64,000 bases of DNA. Origin: Albugo candida (Eukaryota). The notes under the pieces are model-generated. The model did not search any database. It saw only the letters and a list, made by a program, of their open reading frames with translations, and was not told where the DNA came from. Made by a program: the position numbers and the translations under genes. This document shows, piece by piece, positions 34,301-43,602 of this stretch (its first letter is position 1; the number at the start of each line of letters is the position of its first letter). Location: assembly GCA_040437565.1 (NCBI GenBank), contig JBDOQK010000007.1, forward strand, positions 62,001-126,000, given 5' to 3'.

Positions 34301-37300
34301 AACCAGCATGATCCGTCAAGATCCCAAAGAAAGCCGCCAACACGAACGCGACATCGCAACTTGTGCGTTGAAGAGCAATTGAAATGATAAGAAATTTGAC
34401 TTTATGCAAAATCAGATCTCTCATCCCGTATTTCCTTTCAAATAGCTGGAAAACGACATTATGGAAGCTTCGATATCCATCCTTTCTCAATGGTCTCTGT
34501 GAAATAATCGCTTGACTCTGCTCTGCCATTATACTTACAGCCACAAGACACAATCGATCGAGAAACGTGCTGGAAAAATGGAGTGGAATGTCCTCTTTCT
34601 CGATATTGTAAATGTTTGCTTTGTTGCCGCAACGCAAACACCGCTTTCGCACTTGCTCCTTCCTTTCTATGAGAATCTCTCCTCTGTCTCCACACCAGCA
34701 ACATTTGTCATCCCAATGCGCACGGAATTGGTTTGAAATGACCACAATCTTTAATGATTCGTCTTTCGGTATCATTTGAACAATACTTCCTTGTAGCTTG
34801 TCCGTGCTCAAAGCGTGTCTTTCTCTTCGGGCCGTGCGAGAGCCTGTTGCGTCTTGGGCTGTTGCAATTCTCTCCCGTTTCTGTACAATTACTTTCTCCC
34901 CGAGCTCATTATAGCGTGTGCATCGTGGCTCTGTTCGTAGCGTCCGAGTTCTCTTCTTGACCAATGGAGCAGATTCCCGGCATATAAATGCATACAACGC
35001 TTTTGCACAGGCATCTTCATCCAAACGTTCCGTTGGGCAGATTCGATGTGCATGAAAAAACTTCCTCAGATCAAATGTTGCTCGACGATTGGACTTTCCA
35101 TTTGAAACCAATGTCGGAATACTCGTCATGAAGTCGCATAATTGCTCTGCCGCAATTGTGTTCCTCAGACCGTAATTGCCAATAAACTGATGCAAATACG
35201 TCATCAGCTTTGTAATGTCACTCCCTTCATCGTGAGATTCCGTGATTGACGATTCTGATGGAGAGGGTGGGTCTTGTTCTGTTTGGATCTCATTGATCCC
35301 AATCTGTGGAGCCTCTCTGTTCTCCGCAGCATAAACTCTCCTGACGTCTCTCTCGTATCCCAAGCCACATATTTCATGGCTATAAGCGATGATAAAGTGT
35401 AAGGAATTGCACGCGAGACCAATGATCGGGCTATCGACCTGAATTCGATGCTTCAATCTCACAAAAGTCACAACGACTTCCCATATAATAATACTAGAAT
35501 CCCATGACGCTGTGGCGAATTCTCGACCTAAAGAGCTTGGTATGCTGACTATCGAACTGATCCGACGTTTGTGTTCATTCGAGACATGGAGATTCGTCGA
35601 GTCATCGAGATTCCACACCGAAAGAGCGCCACTTTCGTTTCCGACAACAGCAATGTCGGGATGGTGCTGATTTTTAGCGATCAGTTCCATGGCAGAGATC
35701 AAGGCAGATTCTCGGAGTGTGGTCGAAATGGTATGTGAAATGGCCATTGCTGGAAACTTCCAGATTTTCAAAAGACCATCAATGGAAATTGCGACCAATT
35801 TCGACGTCGTACGGCATTTTCTATGGGCACGTATACAGGTAAGGTGACACAGACTCGTGGAATGATTCTTTTGCAGATACTTGAGAGCCAAAGCTTTGCA
35901 TGGTAGCACACTCGACAAATACCAAATGCCTATATGACCATCAGTGTATCCCACACAAAGAAAGCCTCGATTCTGCATAGCTGTCTTTGTGTCATGAGCT
36001 TCTTGTCGATAATTATACAGATTTGCATTCACTCTATCAATATAAAGGATTGTCGAGACAGCTGTCCCCTGAAGCTGAGGAGAAAGCCACGCCATTTTGG
36101 TGAATTGCTCACTAGTTGAAAGATATAAATCGCACGTGCTATTGCTTCTACCAATGACGACCCAAAGCTCTTGTACTCCATCTTCCTGAAAACAGTACAA
36201 AGCACTAACCGAAGCACCCATTGGATCTTTGTGTGCTTCTATATCCGTAAAAGCATACATCCCGAAATCGATCGATGATAGTTTTTCTTTGCGTGGAAGG
36301 AGCATTCTAACATGACTATTCTTTTCAGTGCCGATAGTTACAAAGACTGGCGATTGATCCATTTCGCTCGCGGAACACATGCCAAGAATCGATTCTTTTG
36401 GTGTCTTCCAAAGCACATCTTGAGCGTCCAGCATCCCGACAATAGAAATCACATTCGATTGTATCAGAAGCAATAGATGAGTTTTGACTGTGCCGTCATC
36501 GATCACAGTCGATAGAGTTGTGTGAAACTTTTGATGCTGAATCGCTCGATACAGACCTACCACATGCATCGATAACGAAACTGAGGCTCCCACTATCATT
36601 CTGTCGATGCAGCTGAAGCGCCAATGTGTGGTTGTAGCAGACTCATCAGTAGCAAATATCTCCAAATCTCCAGGAAGGAAGCTTTCATGACGCTTCATGA
36701 TGATAGAACGGATAGGATAACATTTCGAATCGTGCAGTTTTTCTTGCGCCATAAATGAAGTGCTACCGAAAACGTGTTCGCATGAGATAGAGGAATCCAT
36801 GCACCAAATGTGTATCGTTCCGTCTTCGAGCCCAACAAACAACCATAACGAGTCTTGTGAGATAGCCAGAGAGCTTATCACTCCTGCGCAAGCCAGTCTT
36901 TGTCGTCGTATAAGGCAATGACTTCCCGCAAAAGCAGACGGCTTTGATTGCATCGCATACTCTACGAGAAGACTCTGATCCGGCACCTTGTCATTTCTTT
37001 GTGCGACAGTGACCATTCTGACACATGATTCCGCGACACAAATCATTGCTGTGCGGTCTAAAGTCTCTACTTGATCCTTCTTCTCCAAGTGATATTCACA
37101 GTGAGCGGTTGTGACTTCAGAGCTGTCCATGACAACTGTCAGCATCGTGAGGTAAGAGCGTCCTTTGAAGGCTGTATCTCTCCTATTTACCGCTTGTACT
37201 ATTGGGCTCACTTGCGTGGAAGCAATGATCAGAGTGTTTGTATTGGAATCAAAAGAGCAGCAGTCCAATTGCTCAAAAGTATCGCCAGAGAATAGAGCGA

Positions 37301-37667
37301 TCTGTTGAAGTGTTTGAGGCTCCATACACATAATCAGATACTCTTTCAGAACGGTGTGACTGCGTGCGATCGCGCAGAGTACGCATATAAACATATCGTA
37401 TCGTTTTGCATAGTACAAATGCATGCATTTGAGTTTCTGATTCGGAAAGTAAGAGGAAATAGCGACGTTTTTGATTTGTTTGGATAGCGAATAAAGACAA
37501 AACCTATTCTCTGAAGTGGCTGAGTGTTTTTTGTGATCATATAAGAGCAAATGGTGACGTCGGGTGTCATAACATACGGCACGTATTTCAATTCCCCGAC
37601 AGCTCAATTGATGTCTTAACTGAATTGTGTTTTTATATTCTCTCTGATGATAGGATTCTAGACTCAT
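31386..37667 (-). CDS. Very large WD40-repeat protein with an EF-hand-like middle region
   Basis: Open frame of about 2090 aa. WD-like repeats include LFVGLEDGTIHIW, LCVGYTDGHIGIW, VVGNESGALSVWN and FATASWDSSIIIWE. EF-hand-like loops DPHRSGAVP and DTEHDGAISYIDF. Confidence 0.75.
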   Translation of the reverse strand: MSLESYHQREYKNTIQLRHQLSCRGIEIRAVCYDTRRHHLLLYDHKKHSATSENRFCLYSLSKQIKNVAISSYFPNQKLKCMHLYYAKRYDMFICVLCAIARSHTVLKEYLIMCMEPQTLQQIALFSGDTFEQLDCCSFDSNTNTLIIASTQVSPIVQAVNRRDTAFKGRSYLTMLTVVMDSSEVTTAHCEYHLEKKDQVETLDRTAMICVAESCVRMVTVAQRNDKVPDQSLLVEYAMQSKPSAFAGSHCLIRRQRLACAGVISSLAISQDSLWLFVGLEDGTIHIWCMDSSISCEHVFGSTSFMAQEKLHDSKCYPIRSIIMKRHESFLPGDLEIFATDESATTTHWRFSCIDRMIVGASVSLSMHVVGLYRAIQHQKFHTTLSTVIDDGTVKTHLLLLIQSNVISIVGMLDAQDVLWKTPKESILGMCSASEMDQSPVFVTIGTEKNSHVRMLLPRKEKLSSIDFGMYAFTDIEAHKDPMGASVSALYCFQEDGVQELWVVIGRSNSTCDLYLSTSEQFTKMAWLSPQLQGTAVSTILYIDRVNANLYNYRQEAHDTKTAMQNRGFLCVGYTDGHIGIWYLSSVLPCKALALKYLQKNHSTSLCHLTCIRAHRKCRTTSKLVAISIDGLLKIWKFPAMAISHTISTTLRESALISAMELIAKNQHHPDIAVVGNESGALSVWNLDDSTNLHVSNEHKRRISSIVSIPSSLGREFATASWDSSIIIWEVVVTFVRLKHRIQVDSPIIGLACNSLHFIIAYSHEICGLGYERDVRRVYAAENREAPQIGINEIQTEQDPPSPSESSITESHDEGSDITKLMTYLHQFIGNYGLRNTIAAEQLCDFMTSIPTLVSNGKSNRRATFDLRKFFHAHRICPTERLDEDACAKALYAFICRESAPLVKKRTRTLRTEPRCTRYNELGEKVIVQKRERIATAQDATGSRTARRERHALSTDKLQGSIVQMIPKDESLKIVVISNQFRAHWDDKCCWCGDRGEILIERKEQVRKRCLRCGNKANIYNIEKEDIPLHFSSTFLDRLCLVAVSIMAEQSQAIISQRPLRKDGYRSFHNVVFQLFERKYGMRDLILHKVKFLIISIALQRTSCDVAFVLAAFFGILTDHAGYEAPKELVAFCISAEAWLISRDAIITRSENHELHRYVPIASALACIKDISDYLIVSPRLLSDILAALSGCHNHQLGLNRMVRMIIQVWQQDEIDLEGARCALFGVYIASESIHSQSVSTNLDKLQFLLTCFLFHDPHRSGAVPENVFQQVWLKLRHFWIADSLYFDAEEAIHLALCAIILRFRDTEHDGAISYIDFWAMLYLTRNKQTAEMLSLHRMTVFCQDHRLGIPSETQDAILTFMQRVRKSNLPKYNHNVDYDVTWLYSMDHTVSTLYQQGTFHLKKLMHSSLSAEMLLDKQMECTTAGLYIDGEHPVLRHCHSTPVLCSKTFPAQEFSHARFDSKREIKSRKTDRKPATIYQQEVVLKERDEIPTLPPVVMTAASVKPIATAARSIKAQLLEAVGTNAKSQRCSDGIHHREDSELLHRITLRSIEQQETRKKAMAQALSEARRRVRQARGFSAPLKKRVVRKKIRLGLLEKVLCVAEDSSSMTTAHSARTLPDPSLQEEAFSPDPQLVDAGKEDENLSCDDENSVEESQVFADKSVLETLNAAGDTLESEPQHESVDDTFTVFEEDLETITAPAEATDSQTNSIDEMEFPQSLSREPDSDTFSQLGYRVPEKSECDDRTEQQVKAIRERDVSEEDERTTASSLMSQLAKTRLRLDDATEEALYREKALYPLEQEVVLSKELEEAMRKKWNDIFEANERLLFHGCKHREQSPADSSVSELCTERQLSFPSELAIGEELHGMLSKPGSCALYQYTWSREHGQVDNDSFPVIKVQLCSFQGSADMFMSTDWKTPSRAHQWSSVRIEQDGDDFDKDAPRSTRTISIHAHEIAGLSSGIGTATSITFYVTATARSANTRYSISVMSPVRDRRHSNAGDLEEVVGDESIATESFDQTDNLPLGRLSLIPVEVDRIHHNQAKHRQSTLLDLRTPQRSIPKLAPVQKPSTLSTRRMMEYMPKPVAYSLSKLDK

Positions 37668-37892
37668 CACCACGCGAAAACGCGTGTGGTAAGCACTGTC
37701 GTTCGTGGATAAAGCATCACAATTACGTCCGATATGTGCCGAAGCGACATATCGGAATTAAGAGAAGACTTACGGCCATTGGATCTTTCCAAGCGCACAA
37801 TTTCTCATTCTCTTTATATTCATTTATATTCCGTATGCTGCTTGATGCATGCGTCTAATTCTATGGCACAGCACAGCATTTTTAAATAAGAT

Positions 37893-39014
37893 TTAGCTTT
37901 CGAGCAAGTCTGCCAAAGTATGGACAGTGGTGCATTCCAGTAAAAGCATATATGCAAATCTCTCCAACAATTTGCATCGAGTGTGCAGATAGCTCAATTC
38001 CAAGCGGTCAACCCATCGGTTTGATTCATTCAAATACTTCCAGGCTTTTCGAGTCTTGGGGTGACCTGATTGCGGGAGTCTTCTCACAAATCGTGCAAGT
38101 GACGAACAGCGACACCAGCGACTTTTATATTGCTCGTCGAAAGCTAATTCGATCAGAAACTCGGCGTGATGTACACAACCAAGGATCGATTGTTTGCTCT
38201 TAACGATTCGGAATGTACGAATTTGGAGTTTGACTGGAATGTGTGAACTGGAAGATAAAGACTGCAGCCATTCGTATTCGCTATTGGCATAAGCTGCGTC
38301 ATATTGAAGACGAAGAGGTGGAAACGTTCGGCACAACTGAAATGTCGATGAAACTTGACGTCTTACGACAGAAGGGGAAGTTATAGACGTTGCATTATCT
38401 CGGCTACACGAAAATCGCAGAGAGCCTTTATTCAGCGAGTCGACAGAGTGAAGGCTCAAGCGAGTGTTCAGATGATACCGGGCATGATCTCTATCCTCAT
38501 AGTCATCAAAGTCTTCGAACCAGCCCCATTCGTACTCTCCCCGAACGTCATACATGGAATTTATGGACGTAGAGGTCGTGTCGGTCTCTTCTTCGGACTG
38601 ATCAGTGCTAGTATATTGTATCGAAGATGGATGATACAATTTCGAATCATTGAATCGTCTTTCATGCCAATCAATATCTCCAATCGTCTCATGATCTCTC
38701 ACGTTTTTTGTGGGGGTGTCTCGGTTCTCACCAACTTCATCGTTCGCTTTATAGGACTCACAAATGTCCCGACAAGAACGCTTCCAGACTTGCTGGTCAA
38801 ACTGTGGTCGACATGCATTCCGATTCGAAGAATATATATCGTTCATTGTACCTTTTGGAATGGCGACTTGACTCTTATCCGAATACTTTCGTAAATGCTC
38901 ATGTCTGGTTGTACGCTTCTTCGCTTCGTCGCTTTGTTCGTAATTCCGAGGCGAACGTCCTACACTAGCGCAACAAGCAGCTGAGAGAATCAATTCAGTG
39001 CTGAAAATACTCAT
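37893..39014 (-). CDS. Hypothetical protein with a possible C-terminal PX-like domain
   Basis: 373-aa ATG ORF. Disordered N-terminus with EWGWFEDFD; the C-terminal ~120 aa (IRTFRIV..HAEFLIEL..SRWCRCSSL..RCKLLERF) follow a PX-like pattern. Confidence 0.55.
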   Translation of the reverse strand: MSIFSTELILSAACCASVGRSPRNYEQSDEAKKRTTRHEHLRKYSDKSQVAIPKGTMNDIYSSNRNACRPQFDQQVWKRSCRDICESYKANDEVGENRDTPTKNVRDHETIGDIDWHERRFNDSKLYHPSSIQYTSTDQSEEETDTTSTSINSMYDVRGEYEWGWFEDFDDYEDRDHARYHLNTRLSLHSVDSLNKGSLRFSCSRDNATSITSPSVVRRQVSSTFQLCRTFPPLRLQYDAAYANSEYEWLQSLSSSSHIPVKLQIRTFRIVKSKQSILGCVHHAEFLIELAFDEQYKSRWCRCSSLARFVRRLPQSGHPKTRKAWKYLNESNRWVDRLELSYLHTRCKLLERFAYMLLLECTTVHTLADLLES

Positions 39015-39373
39015 TGTTGTAGAGAGTTGAACAACGTGTCGTGCTTTATTGCTCCAAAAAGGAGGAGTAGCTCAAGTCTTCGTATGATCAGCGTCTTTTT
39101 TTGGCAATTATATTCAGTTCATCTGTCATTGGTACATATTCGATGCGCTTCTTATAGCACCGTAATTCCATTGGTCTTTTACAACATTTATTTATACCAA
39201 CGTATCGGATGACGCAATTCGGACAAGAGGGTAGGGCTGTATTTCTATGGGTTCGCACGCGATTTCTGCTCATTAATTCTCTCTCTAACGTATGTGACAC
39301 TGCTCCAAAAGGATTGAGTCGGTTTAGCGTCTCAGACTTAACCGGTTTACGTATCTGAACTGTAGCACAGACA

Positions 39374-41885
39374 ATGGAGTTTCTGGTACATAATATATCG
39401 CATTCGGATCTGATTGTACAGCTTTCCAATGGCAGCGTTGTCGATACGGGAAATGAGCACATTGCAGGGAACAACACGGAGAAAGTCTGTATGAGCTCTG
39501 TATTGGCTAGACCAAAATTCAGCTTGTTCCAGCAAGTCAGCCAAAGTATCCTTGATTCGCTCGAAACAATGCTACCGAGTGATCTCGATGCATCGGCTTT
39601 GGTCGAGTATTGTGATTTGGAGGAAAAAAGCGACGGGGCGTGCAATCATAACGAACAATCAGATTGTAGATCGATAAAATGCACAGAATCGCGCAAAGCA
39701 AGTCAGAGTGGCAGTCCACTTCAAGCGACATCGCGATTGCCTATTGGCTTCAAGCTTGGTTTGAGCAAAATACCTGTCAAGGATATGCACCAATTTCGCA
39801 TACGAGGTCCGTCATCCCATTTCATTCTCTAATCGGCTCATTGTGATCGCATTTTATACGTCAGATGGTTTAGACACATTTTTGGAAATTCGAGAGAAAT
39901 GGCAAAATGTGGCAATCACCGCAGTTTACTTTCCACTAGTTGCATTTCTTATGAAGAAATGGCTCCAAGTGCTCCAGGATTTCAAGTCGAATCATAGTAA
40001 ACAGTTGGTGTACCTCATCAGTGGGGCCGGAGTTCCACATAACATTGAGCACCCAATACACGGAAATTCGACAGAAGGCACAGGGCGGCTGATCGCACTA
40101 TTTATACGGCAATTCTATCCTACAATGAAAATTATACAAGTACATTCGGGCTCGAATATCTTTCGTTACGATGATAACGTGTTATTTATGACCCGTGAGT
40201 TACGGCCGCAAATCGAAGCGCATCGCGATAAGTTGGTGGAAAAGTGTGGAGAAGATTGGAAATCATATTTTCATTTAACTATCGCGTATACCGATGGTCC
40301 CCCGGCTCGACTTAGTGCCTTGAATGCGTCCTTGCGCATCTACAAGCCTTCTTACTTACATATATGGCAGGTAAAAAGATTCTGGCACGAGCGTAAAGTT
40401 TGCATGGAGGACATCGATTTTCATTCATTCGAAAAAATTGAAGCATCCGCAAGTGTAGCCTTCACAGAAGCAGAACCGATGGTCCAGCTAGTTGTTCAAG
40501 AAATGTGCATCTTTCGTGATCAGTTCCTGCAGGCTCAAGGTAAAGGCGAAGTTGAAAGTTTCTGGCTTCGAAAGTCTCGAAAGCCAGTACTTGCGGTATT
40601 GCTTGTGGAGAAACATGAGCAAGATGGAAGTGTGAGGCTCCTGGTTCACCGCGGTATGAATTGTGAGGTTTCGATGCCGACAGGTTCGCTTTGTGCCGAA
40701 CGAAANNNNNNNNNNNNNNNNNNNNNNNNNNNNNNNNNNNNNNNNNNNNNNNNNNNNNNNNNNNNNNNNNNNNNNNNNNNNNNNNNNNNNNNNNNNNNNN
40801 NNNNNCATTCGGGCTCGAATATCTTTCGTTACGATGATAACGTGTTATTTATGACCCGTGAGTTACGGCCGCAAATCGAAGCGCATCGCGATAAGTTGGT
40901 GGAAAAGTGTGGAGAAGATTGGAAATCATATTTTCATTTAACTATCGCGTATACCGATGGTCCCCCGGCTCGACTTAGTGCCTTGAATGCGTCCTTGCGC
41001 ATCTACAAGCCTTCTTACTTACATATATGGCAGGTAAAAAGATTCTGGCACGAGCGTAAAGTTTGCATGGAGGACATCGATTTTCATTCATTCGAAAAAA
41101 TTGAAGCATCCGCAAGTGTAGCCTTCACAGAAGCAGAACCGATGGTCCAGCTAGTTGTTCAAGAAATGTGCATCTTTCGTGATCAGTTCCTGCAGGCTCA
41201 AGGTAAAGGCGAAGTTGAAAGTTTCTGGCTTCGAAAGTCTCGAAAGCCAGTACTTGCGGTATTGCTTGTGGAGAAACATGAGCAAGATGGAAGTGTGAGG
41301 CTCCTGGTTCACCGCGGTATGAATTGTGAGGTTTCGATGCCGACAGGTTCGCTTTGTGCCGAACGAAATGCGATCGGAAGCGCGTTGGCACAAGACCCCA
41401 CACTATGTCGACGATCTTTGAAGATGATTGCTGTTCTGGGAGTGAATTTACTAGAAAGCAAGACGAGTGTGATCACAACCACACGGACTATCACTGATAG
41501 CTGTGAATTGAACCCACCACGCACCGAATCACTTTCCGACAATGTTTACAACAATATTATCACTCACAAAAGTCAAAACGAAGGATTGAACTTGTCTTCA
41601 ATTCGCGCTACCTGTCAAATGACATTATCACGAGCTTTTGAATGTGAGCGCGAGGCAGGACATGCATTGTCACCTTCAAGGCCAAAAAGACCTCGAACAT
41701 TTTCAATCGATGATTATACGATCGGAGAGTCACAGCTGAGCAAAATCGGAGATCGAAACCCTTTGGCACCTTGCGGGGCTTGCAAGGAATGGCTCATGAA
41801 GATTGCAGAAGCAAACCCTTCATTCCGGGTGATCACGTTTGAAAATGCTGATTGCCACAATGTTTACATCAGTCAAATCATGTGA
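39374..41885 (+). CDS. Cytidine-deaminase-fold protein with a large N-terminal alpha/beta domain (intron 39807-39864; ~596 aa after removing the assembly duplication)
   Basis: GMNCEVSMPTGSLCAERNAIG and PLAPCGACKEWL are the CAE and PCxxC zinc motifs of cytidine deaminases. A GT..CAG intron joins the two ORFs in frame. Confidence 0.85.
40806..41368. repeat. Direct duplicate of 40143-40705 across a 100-N gap (probable assembly artefact)
   Basis: 563 bp, apparently identical at offset 663. Confidence 0.85.
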
Positions 41886-42486
41886 GATGTTCTCCAAGTT
41901 CCAATTCGATGACACAACTTTCATGGCCGAGACTCTAAATGCAATTAGTACTGCCACGCTGAAATGGAATAAACAACATTGAATCCTTGCGAGATTGATG
42001 GCGACCCGCTCACCGATTTTTATGATAATCGGACCCGCAAATCTGAATCGAGAACAATCAGCTGACGCACTGAACAATCCGGTTGCCGTTCGATTGATTG
42101 GGACCTGTCAAATATTCAGATTCGAATCGCTCCTCGTTTGATGTTTTTCCGGCACGAGTGTCTTCTCATCGCGATGGAGATCCATTTGGCAATCACTGTG
42201 AGATTGAAGCTTTTTATGATGCCACCGATACCAAGATATATGACTCAAGTGATTTTAATTCAGCAGAACGCGGTCTGTGCTTGATCTCAGCATGAGGCGT
42301 CTTGAGATTTGATGAGATTTAATGAGATTTGATTATGACGTGTCTGCGTTGCATCAAATACGACAATACGTAACATACGTTTCCACCATTCCACTTTTGT
42401 GTTTAATGCTTAATTGTGTGTGCGCATATCAATCGCAAGATCCATCCTGTGCGTTGGTGTCGACTTTATTCGTACACCAACAGAGC

Positions 42487-43602
42487 TCAAGTACAGCTTG
42501 TTTTTCCAGTGAGAAAATCATTCAATGTACGCTCTTCCCGCTCCGGAACAAAGAAATCAGAAGCGTGTTGTCCCTGCCAAGACGGAATCTGGTAAGTTGC
42601 ATCCTTCATCACATACTGCATCACTTTTTCCATAACGGTATCACAATCTGCATAAAGACGCACGCCACTCACTTCTGCCCGTCGATCCAATTTGGTTGTT
42701 GTTTTTTGCAAATTGACAATCACTAACGAGTCAGCAAATTCTCCAGCCATTTCACAAAAAGGTTCCACTCTCAGTGAGGTCCCCAGCACTAATGCAACAT
42801 CAGCCTCCTCACATTTTTCTATCGCACAATCAATGTCCCCCAGAGGCTGATCAAAGCTGATCACATGACGCCTTAACCGACCATTACCGTGTCTAGTTCT
42901 AGCTCTTATTCGCTGCTCGATCGACCGCCTAGAACTCTCACATTTGCGGTCATTGCATAAGCCATTCCACGGGAAATTACACATGTACACTTTTTCGCAC
43001 GTTTCACAAATAGCATGGGTGGCGTTTCCATGTACTTCTGTCAAGACTGATGCAGAAAGTCCACTTTTCAAATGCAAATTATCGATATTTTGTGAGATTA
43101 CATGATGCAGGAGACCGATCCGATGCAGTTCGACCAGCGCCATATGTGTCTTGGAAGGCACAAGATGATTGAGATCAGTGTTCTGATTAGGTTGCTTCCT
43201 TTTTCTGGAGGTTCGTATCCCGTTTTCACCCCGATAATCTGGCAGACCTGTAGACGTACTAATCCCAGCTCCTGTGAATGCCACCAAAGTCTTGGAATGT
43301 GCAATGAGTTCGGCAATCCGTCGGCATTTCTTATCAAAGTCACTCATCTTATTCTTCATATATCCATAGGGCGCTTCTGATTGATTATCAGCCTCAGAGG
43401 GTTCATTTGGATGAGTCGCTTGCTTGCAATTCTCCTCGTGAGCCGTCGATATCATTGCAAGTTGAGAACTTGTATCATCTACAGAATTGCTTTTGATGCA
43501 AATTTGACTAGAAAGACGCATGTCAAAACAGCTATCGGAAACGCTTACTTCTCGTGGTCCGACAAGCAGTGACTTGTCTTTAAAGACGCGCGCATGCGTC
43601 AT
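42487..43602 (-). CDS. NAD-dependent sirtuin, class IV (SIRT6/SIRT7/SRT1-like)
   Basis: FTGAGISTSTGLPDYRG, PSKTHMAL, SQNIDNLH, EVHGN, CETC..CNDRKC, GTSLRV and VNLQ.T..D. Start codon uncertain; first in-frame ATG at 43602. Confidence 0.9.
   Translation of the reverse strand: MTHARVFKDKSLLVGPREVSVSDSCFDMRLSSQICIKSNSVDDTSSQLAMISTAHEENCKQATHPNEPSEADNQSEAPYGYMKNKMSDFDKKCRRIAELIAHSKTLVAFTGAGISTSTGLPDYRGENGIRTSRKRKQPNQNTDLNHLVPSKTHMALVELHRIGLLHHVISQNIDNLHLKSGLSASVLTEVHGNATHAICETCEKVYMCNFPWNGLCNDRKCESSRRSIEQRIRARTRHGNGRLRRHVISFDQPLGDIDCAIEKCEEADVALVLGTSLRVEPFCEMAGEFADSLVIVNLQKTTTKLDRRAEVSGVRLYADCDTVMEKVMQYVMKDATYQIPSWQGQHASDFFVPEREERTLNDFLTGKTSCT

Noticed and set aside
37728-37756. Small hairpin tccgatatgt-N9-acatatcgga upstream of the WD40 gene
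   Set aside because: A single 10-bp stem is weak evidence in 64 kb, with no independent support.
39843-41885. Apparent tandem-domain deaminase with two CAE motifs (680-aa ORF)
   Set aside because: The repeat is nucleotide-identical and straddles a 100-N gap; assembly overlap.
42302-42333. Three 10-bp tandem units (tgagatttga/aa)
   Set aside because: Simple minisatellite with no spacers; not CRISPR-like.
27916-43602. Nucleotidyltransferase, WD40, CARF-like deaminase and sirtuin as a CBASS/Thoeris-like eukaryotic defence cluster
   Set aside because: The transferase has Cid1/TUTase motifs rather than cGAS/CD-NTase features, and the sirtuin is a canonical class IV enzyme. The genes are in mixed orientation among housekeeping genes. 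Only conserved synteny or co-expression would revive the idea.
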